Below, piece by piece: positions 48,751 through 54,201 of a stretch of DNA of 54,201 nucleotides (positions within the stretch are counted from its first letter, which is position 1; every line of letters begins with the position of its first letter). Source of the stretch: Candidatus Thorarchaeota archaeon (GTDB lineage Archaea > Asgardarchaeota > Thorarchaeia > Thorarchaeales > Thorarchaeaceae); assembly GCA_029855935.1 (NCBI GenBank), contig JAGSHN010000011.1, forward strand, positions 1 through 54,201. Direction: 5' to 3'. The notes beneath the pieces are model-generated. The model was given only the letters and a program-made list of their open reading frames with translations, ran no database searches and was not told where the DNA came from. The position numbers and the translations under genes were made by a program.

Positions 48751-49665
48751 TTGACCGAGGCTGAAGTCTACGACAAGGTAATCACAATGGAGGAGGCCGT
48801 CAAGATGGTGCACGATGGCGACGGCCTCTTCTGGGGCGGCTTTGGCTATCAGAGGGCGCCCATCGCCTTTGCCCACGAGCTGGTCCGACAGAAGAAACGC
48901 AATCTGACAATCTACACCTGTGGCTCTGAGATTGACATCGAGATAATGGTTGGTGCGTACGTCCTCAGCAGGCTTGAGATCGCCTTCGTTGCGATAGAGG
49001 CCTTGGGCCTTGCCAACAATGTTCGCCGGCGAGTGGCTGAGGGCGCCATTGAGATTGAGGACTACAGCAATCTGGCGATGGCGATGCGCTTCCTCGGAGG
49101 TGCACTCAATGTCCCCTTCATGCCCATTCGCACCCTGATGGGGACTGACATAGTGAACAAGTCGAGATATCGTGGTGACAAGAAACTGAAGGTCATCGAC
49201 TGTCCGTTCACTGGTCAGAAGGTCTGCCTTGTACCATCAGTGCAGCCCGAGTTCAGTATCGTTCACGTCCAGCGAGTCGACAAGAACGGCAACGCTCAGA
49301 TAGACGGAATCGTCGGCGAGGACCTCGAGGGATCTCGCTGTGGGAAGAAGCTGATAGTGCTTGCGGAGGAGATTGTAGGAGAGGAGGAGATTCGCCACTC
49401 GCCGTCACGGACGGCCATCCCGGCGATGTACGTGCACCACATAGTCGTGCTGCCTTTCGTCGCGCATCCGATGCAGTGTCACAACTACTATGATTATGAC
49501 CTTGAGCATCTGATGATGTTTCACAAGATGACGAAGACCGAAGAGGGATGGCAGGAATACCTTGACGAATACATTCTCGGAGTCGACAATCACTTTGAGT
49601 ATCTCAACATTGTGGGCTGGGAGCGTCTTCACAGCCTGAGAGCGAAGAGACCGTGGGGCTATTGA
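48751..49665 (+). CDS. Family I CoA-transferase subunit A (GctA/PcaI-like)
   Basis: KVITMEEAVKMVHDGD, RAPIAFAHEL, GALNVPFMP and HVQRVDKNGN. Confidence 0.92.
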   Translation: MTEAEVYDKVITMEEAVKMVHDGDGLFWGGFGYQRAPIAFAHELVRQKKRNLTIYTCGSEIDIEIMVGAYVLSRLEIAFVAIEALGLANNVRRRVAEGAIEIEDYSNLAMAMRFLGGALNVPFMPIRTLMGTDIVNKSRYRGDKKLKVIDCPFTGQKVCLVPSVQPEFSIVHVQRVDKNGNAQIDGIVGEDLEGSRCGKKLIVLAEEIVGEEEIRHSPSRTAIPAMYVHHIVVLPFVAHPMQCHNYYDYDLEHLMMFHKMTKTEEGWQEYLDEYILGVDNHFEYLNIVGWERLHSLRAKRPWGY

Positions 49666-49679
49666 GGAGGTGACAGACG

Positions 49680-50450
49680 TTGGTGAAGTATACCAAGATC
49701 GAGTTTCTCACGGCCTGCGCGGCCAGTCACGTACGGGATGGCGAGAATGTCTTCGGCGGCACGGGAATGCCACTGCTCGCAGCGTTGCTGGCAAAGGAGA
49801 CCCACGCTCCGCACATCAACCTGATCTCTGAGGCCGGGTTCATAGATGCCCATCCGCGGAATGTGCCCCTGTCGGTGGCCGACTCGAGATACTACTATGG
49901 GTGTGCAGCCGCTATAGGCCTGATCGAGACACTTGGCTTCATCCTTCAGGCCGGACGCATCGACGTGGGCTTTCTCGGTGCGGCGCAGATTGACGAGTAC
50001 GGCAATCTCAACACGACATACATTGGCCCGTACGAGAAGCCCAAGGTGCGGCTCCCCGGTAGTGGCGGCGGCAATGATATAGCATCCTGTGCGAAGCGTC
50101 TTGTCATAATGATGACGCACGACAAGCGGAAGTTCGTCAAGAAGCTCGACTATATGACAAGTCCCGGTCATCTAGAGGGTCCGGGGTCCCGCGAGAAATG
50201 GGGTCTGATAGGTGGCGGTCCGGAGGTCGTCATCACTGACATGTGTCAGATGGACTTTGACCCGGAGACAAAGAAGATTCGTCTCATGACGGTTCATCCT
50301 GGATACACCGTGGACGATGTCCTCGACAATGTGATGTTCGACCTGATCGTCCCTGAAAAGGTGCCGCAGACGCCCGAGCCGACCGAGGAACAGATTCGCA
50401 TAATGCATGAGCTCGACCCGCACGGCGTCTACCTGGGGAAGGGCAAATAG
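49680..50450 (+). CDS. Family I CoA-transferase subunit B
   Basis: ISEAG (likely catalytic Glu), FLGAAQIDEYGNLNT and RLPGSGGGND. Confidence 0.92.
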   Translation: MVKYTKIEFLTACAASHVRDGENVFGGTGMPLLAALLAKETHAPHINLISEAGFIDAHPRNVPLSVADSRYYYGCAAAIGLIETLGFILQAGRIDVGFLGAAQIDEYGNLNTTYIGPYEKPKVRLPGSGGGNDIASCAKRLVIMMTHDKRKFVKKLDYMTSPGHLEGPGSREKWGLIGGGPEVVITDMCQMDFDPETKKIRLMTVHPGYTVDDVLDNVMFDLIVPEKVPQTPEPTEEQIRIMHELDPHGVYLGKGK

Positions 50451-51235
50451 TGAGGGAGAACGGGTCGGCCGTGGCGCACAGCGACCTCAGCAGAGTGAGA
50501 GCGGTCATCTTCGACCTTGATGGCACGCTTGTCGACACGAAGCGGTTTCCTGTGATAGCCAGCCAGAACCTCTTCGCCAGACTGGAGATCGATTCTGAAG
50601 CCCTGTTCCAGAGGTTCCTAGCATCGCTCATCGCAGAGTATTTCCGGCTCATCGATGCCGTTGTGGACGGGGCAGAATACATTCGCCCGTGGGAGATCAT
50701 CCGCAGATCCATTCGGGTGGCGCTGAACGACATTGGCGTGAGCATCGAGGATGAAACTCTGGACTCGGCGACAGACGAGTTCCACCGGCTACATCTGGAG
50801 TTGTCGCAACTCTATCCCGGGGCGGCGGACCTGCTCTCCGTCCTTCGGGGACGCGGTGTCCGGATGGCCGTCATAACCAACTCCTTCGAGGGTGACACAG
50901 AGACGATACTCCGACGAGAGGGTGTCGTAGATTATTTTGACGTCATCGTCGATGGCGCTATAGCGCGGACGTACAAGCCACATCCCCGACCGTTTCGCAT
51001 CGCCCTTGAGGGCCTCGATGCGACGCCGGAGGAGGCATTGGTCATTGGCGACGAGTACTACGCAGATATGGTGGGTGCGCACAGGGCTGGACTGAGAGCG
51101 TTCTGGGTGAACGTTCGGGGCCGGCCTCTCGATGAGTACACTCGGAAGTTCGGTGAACAGACCCGACCACTCCTCACTGTGAGCGTGATATCGGAGTTGC
51201 TGCCAATCTTTGCAAGTGATAAGCCACAGGCCTGA
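50450..51235 (+). CDS. HAD-superfamily hydrolase
   Basis: FDLDGTLVD, ITN, KPHP and IGD...DMVGA. Confidence 0.92.
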   Translation: MRENGSAVAHSDLSRVRAVIFDLDGTLVDTKRFPVIASQNLFARLEIDSEALFQRFLASLIAEYFRLIDAVVDGAEYIRPWEIIRRSIRVALNDIGVSIEDETLDSATDEFHRLHLELSQLYPGAADLLSVLRGRGVRMAVITNSFEGDTETILRREGVVDYFDVIVDGAIARTYKPHPRPFRIALEGLDATPEEALVIGDEYYADMVGAHRAGLRAFWVNVRGRPLDEYTRKFGEQTRPLLTVSVISELLPIFASDKPQA

Positions 51236-51446
51236 CTTGTGCATTCGTCACAGTACATGTGACAGTGATGGCTGCCGTGGTCAGAGCCCTTCTCCCCTTG
51301 GGCTGGACTCTGTCGTGGAGCCACGCCTCCCTGCCGACTCCAGCATCCACCGTGTCCCTACCGGTGGTGATATACGGGATATCTATATTAATACACGAAT
51401 ACAGCCACTATGCGGGCCGTGTCGAGCAAGGGAGATGTGACCATAG

Positions 51447-51899
51447 ATGAGCAAGAACAATGAGGCCTCCGAGATGATCCGGGCGAGGAGCGACCTCATC
51501 GACATGATTCGCGCCTCGCGAGAGGACATCGAGACACTCATACAGATCATCGAGAACGAGTTGAAGGACATTCGCGAGGGTGACACGGCCGAGCGGATAT
51601 CCAAGGCGGTCTCGCGTGTGGCCGAGGGCTCGGGTGCTGACACAGACTCCGTCTACAATGTCCTCTACTGGCTGACCCAGTCGGGACCCGACGCTCGACA
51701 GGCCATCATCGTGCAGACGCTGGAGACAATGATGAATGATGAGGAGCTGAGAGACGTCGCTCTGGCAATACTCAGGCGGCTCTCCTCAAAGGAGAACGTG
51801 GACATTGTTCTCAAGTACGTGGACAAGAACGTCTTGACTCTCAGTCAGGCAATCTATGTTCTACTCTACCCTGACGCCTCTGGGATTCTTCAGGACTGA
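51447..51899 (+). CDS. Hypothetical all-alpha protein
   Basis: 150-aa ORF with host codon usage and an AT-rich promoter-like stretch at 51383-51394. Confidence 0.75.
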   Translation: MSKNNEASEMIRARSDLIDMIRASREDIETLIQIIENELKDIREGDTAERISKAVSRVAEGSGADTDSVYNVLYWLTQSGPDARQAIIVQTLETMMNDEELRDVALAILRRLSSKENVDIVLKYVDKNVLTLSQAIYVLLYPDASGILQD

Positions 51900-52215
51900 T
51901 CGCCAACTCCTCCCCACCAGATCCTTTCGGCTCATCTTGTCGGTCAGAGCCAACAGTGCGCACCGTCTTCATTCACTCTGCTCTCAGACGTGCTGCCAGG
52001 TCAACGGGTGGTCCGCCCACGCATCTATCTGGCCTCGCCGTCCGCAGAGACTGTTCTCCCCCACCGTCTCGGCGACTGCGTACAGAGTTTAAAGACGTCA
52101 TAAAGCTTCAACGTGCGGACTAGCGCCTCATAGGACACCTCGCACCCGCAGATCTACAAGGTCAGAAAAATCTCATTATAAATGGACTATGCGGAGTACT
52201 GACCGGTGGTTCACG

Positions 52216-53418
52216 ATGAAGAAACGATGGAAAGTGACACTTGCAGTTGCTCTTGCGGTACTGGTCCTGCAGCCGTTTCTTGGAACGGTCGCGGCACTGT
52301 CCTCAACGGAGACGACGACAACGACCATGCCCGGCGACCATACCCTGCCGACTCCTCCGAGGCAAGAGTACGGACCGGGCGGCGCACTGTTCATCCGTAC
52401 CTCGATAATGACAGTGATGGCCAATCCCAAGGTACCGATGTTCCACTTTTGGTTCGCTCGGGACGAGAATGGCAGTATCGCGAAGTTCGCCGTGATCTAT
52501 CTCGCGCTTGTGGAGTTTGAGGACCTCAATAGTGACGGAGCCTTTCAGTCGAATGAGACACTCTACTACGCTCCGCTTGCCGCATACGATTGGACACTTC
52601 TGACTGGCTCTGTCGAGCAGGACGGTCAGACTGTTGAGGTCTGGCTCAAGTACGTCAAGGGCGGAACGCGCGATGGCGGAATGCACGACGGTGACATGGA
52701 TGAGATACCATTTGTTGACCCGCGCGGCGTATCAGCCGTCGATCGATTCGAAGGTGTCACGCTCCAGATATGGGGCCACATCTACCTGAGCGACCATCAG
52801 GGCAATGTCAGTGACGAGAATGGCGTCAAGGCCACCTATCTCGTGCCAGGCGAGTCTGAGATGAAGATGGACATCGAGATTGGGAACTTTCCGTTCTCAA
52901 CGAATACCTCTCGCGTGGCTCTGCAGACACTCCTCAGAGAGTCTGATATGGGTCCACACCAGCCGCAGCAGCATCGGCACAGGTACAGAGTTCAGGAGCG
53001 GAACGGCCACTTCGATGGCACGTCCGATATGGACTGGAACAGGGTTCCAGGCAATGAGACAAGACTGCACAATCGTATGAACACTCACACTCAGCAGGTG
53101 GGGTTCTACGACGTAGACACTGATGCGCCGCAGGGCTACTTCAGCTGGGTGGACCGCGCCCAGGTCACTTGGCCGGGTGGCGACACAGATGTCGTCAATG
53201 TGACCGCCTCCTATGTCCCTGCTGGTGTGGGCCTTGCCCTGTACCTCGCGTACCCCAACTTTGACGACGGCACCCTACTTCATGACCCGTCAATCGGGCT
53301 GGCCCAAGAATACATCATAGCGCAGCCCTGGTCGCCCCTGGACTCGCCACTCCTGCTCGTTAGCATGGGCATCCTTGTGGTGGCTGTCGTGGCCGTCATT
53401 GCAGTCCGACGCAGGTGA
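52216..53418 (+). CDS. Secreted/surface protein with C-terminal TM anchor
   Basis: Signal peptide MKKRWK..., sequons, YPNF...HDPSIG, and a TM followed by RRR. Confidence 0.82.
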   Translation: MKKRWKVTLAVALAVLVLQPFLGTVAALSSTETTTTTMPGDHTLPTPPRQEYGPGGALFIRTSIMTVMANPKVPMFHFWFARDENGSIAKFAVIYLALVEFEDLNSDGAFQSNETLYYAPLAAYDWTLLTGSVEQDGQTVEVWLKYVKGGTRDGGMHDGDMDEIPFVDPRGVSAVDRFEGVTLQIWGHIYLSDHQGNVSDENGVKATYLVPGESEMKMDIEIGNFPFSTNTSRVALQTLLRESDMGPHQPQQHRHRYRVQERNGHFDGTSDMDWNRVPGNETRLHNRMNTHTQQVGFYDVDTDAPQGYFSWVDRAQVTWPGGDTDVVNVTASYVPAGVGLALYLAYPNFDDGTLLHDPSIGLAQEYIIAQPWSPLDSPLLLVSMGILVVAVVAVIAVRRR

Positions 53419-53519
53419 GGAGACATCAGCAGCGTGCCAGTGCGGTCACGCTGCTTCCTCACCTCTTTTATTGTCCGGGGTTGACTCTTCTGAGCAGATA
53501 TTCCTGGAGGTAGGACAGG

Positions 53520-54201
53520 TTGAGCCGCATAACGCGCCCGTTGGTCATCATTGGAGTTTCTTTTCTTGCAGTCATCTCTGCAGCTGGTACAATGACCCCC
53601 CTGACGAGCGCGCAGGACTCCTCCTCCATTCTGTTGAATCCCCTTCTTGTTCGTGCCATAGTCTATGACAACGGCTCGACAGCAATCCGCTACGAGGGCA
53701 CGGCTCACAATACTGGTCTGACCCCTCTCGACTCCTTCTCTATGCGTATTGACTCTCTCGACGTCGTAGTTCTCAGCTCGACGGTTGCGAGTGGAGCAGA
53801 GGCGGCGACGGATGTGACGGTTCTTGAGCGGTACTCAGAGGTACATATCGGACTGCCGACTGACCTCGCCCCGGGCGCTGCTGTCGACTTTCATCTCGTT
53901 GTTGTCGCGCAGGACATCCAGTCAGAGGCCTCACTGAGCCCCGATGGACTTGTGGAGGAGAGAAGCATGATCTTCTATCTCCGCCCCCAGTCGCCAGTCC
54001 AGAACCTCACATTCACCGTGGTCCTACCGGCTCACGCCACGCTATCGCGCACGGCGGCGTCGCCTCTCTTCCCATCTCCTGACGGCAACTCCACTGACGG
54101 CGTCAGTCTGATCTTCGTCTGGTCACTGGGTTCTCTCGCCCCCGGCCAGGAACAGGTCTTCATTGTGAAGTACGAGTTTCCTGTCTCTCTCGGAGCTGAC
54201 G
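53520..54201 (+). CDS. Secreted/membrane-associated protein, runs off window end (absent from ORF track)
   Basis: GGAGGT SD then TTG 53520; open frame MSRITRPLVIIGVSFLAVISAAG...VVLPAHATL...PDGNSTDGVSLIFVW... with no stop before 54201. Confidence 0.8.
   Translation, partial: MSRITRPLVIIGVSFLAVISAAGTMTPLTSAQDSSSILLNPLLVRAIVYDNGSTAIRYEGTAHNTGLTPLDSFSMRIDSLDVVVLSSTVASGAEAATDVTVLERYSEVHIGLPTDLAPGAAVDFHLVVVAQDIQSEASLSPDGLVEERSMIFYLRPQSPVQNLTFTVVLPAHATLSRTAASPLFPSPDGNSTDGVSLIFVWSLGSLAPGQEQVFIVKYEFPVSLGAD

Overview
High-GC archaeal chromosomal window, most likely from an Asgard archaeon (Thorarchaeia-like). This is an inference from two small GTPases, a DENN-like ORF, tungsten AOR, archaeal-type histidine kinases and C-terminally anchored surface proteins. 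(1) 1-5977: a long CRISPR array of about 80 copies of a 37-bp repeat, cut off by the window start. It is probably read on the minus strand from a leader at ~5978-6200. No cas genes are in the window. (2) 6.6-14.5 kb: a cysteine-rich putative metalloid/redox cluster. It holds a TDT transporter, an Acr3-like transporter, a radical SAM/SPASM enzyme, three DGC-domain proteins (one fused to a lipoyl-carrier GcvH domain), a ferredoxin, a stand-alone HdrA N-terminal domain and an unannotated DUF1059 protein. One shared motif sits upstream of three of its transcription units. (3) 14.6-26 kb: YcaQ/AlkZ glycosylase, ABC permease, amidohydrolase, PAS kinase, a ferredoxin-AOR-PreA-like operon and an M24 peptidase. 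(4) 26.3-31 kb: a low-GC foreign five-gene operon (deaminase, Fe-S HhH glycosylase-like protein, nucleoside deoxyribosyltransferase/N-glycosidase, dTMP kinase, PfkB kinase) abutting a decayed N6-adenine DNA methyltransferase. (5) 31.5-54.2 kb: mostly core genes, namely an isobutyryl-CoA-mutase-type subunit, surface proteins, GTPases, an NSS transporter, a FAD oxidoreductase/CCG pair, a degenerate histidine kinase, a CoA transferase and a HAD hydrolase. The best candidates for undescribed systems are the DGC-lipoyl/Acr3 cluster, the low-GC nucleotide/base-processing island and the DENN-like + Rab-like GTPase pair. All calls come from reading motifs by eye; no searches were run.
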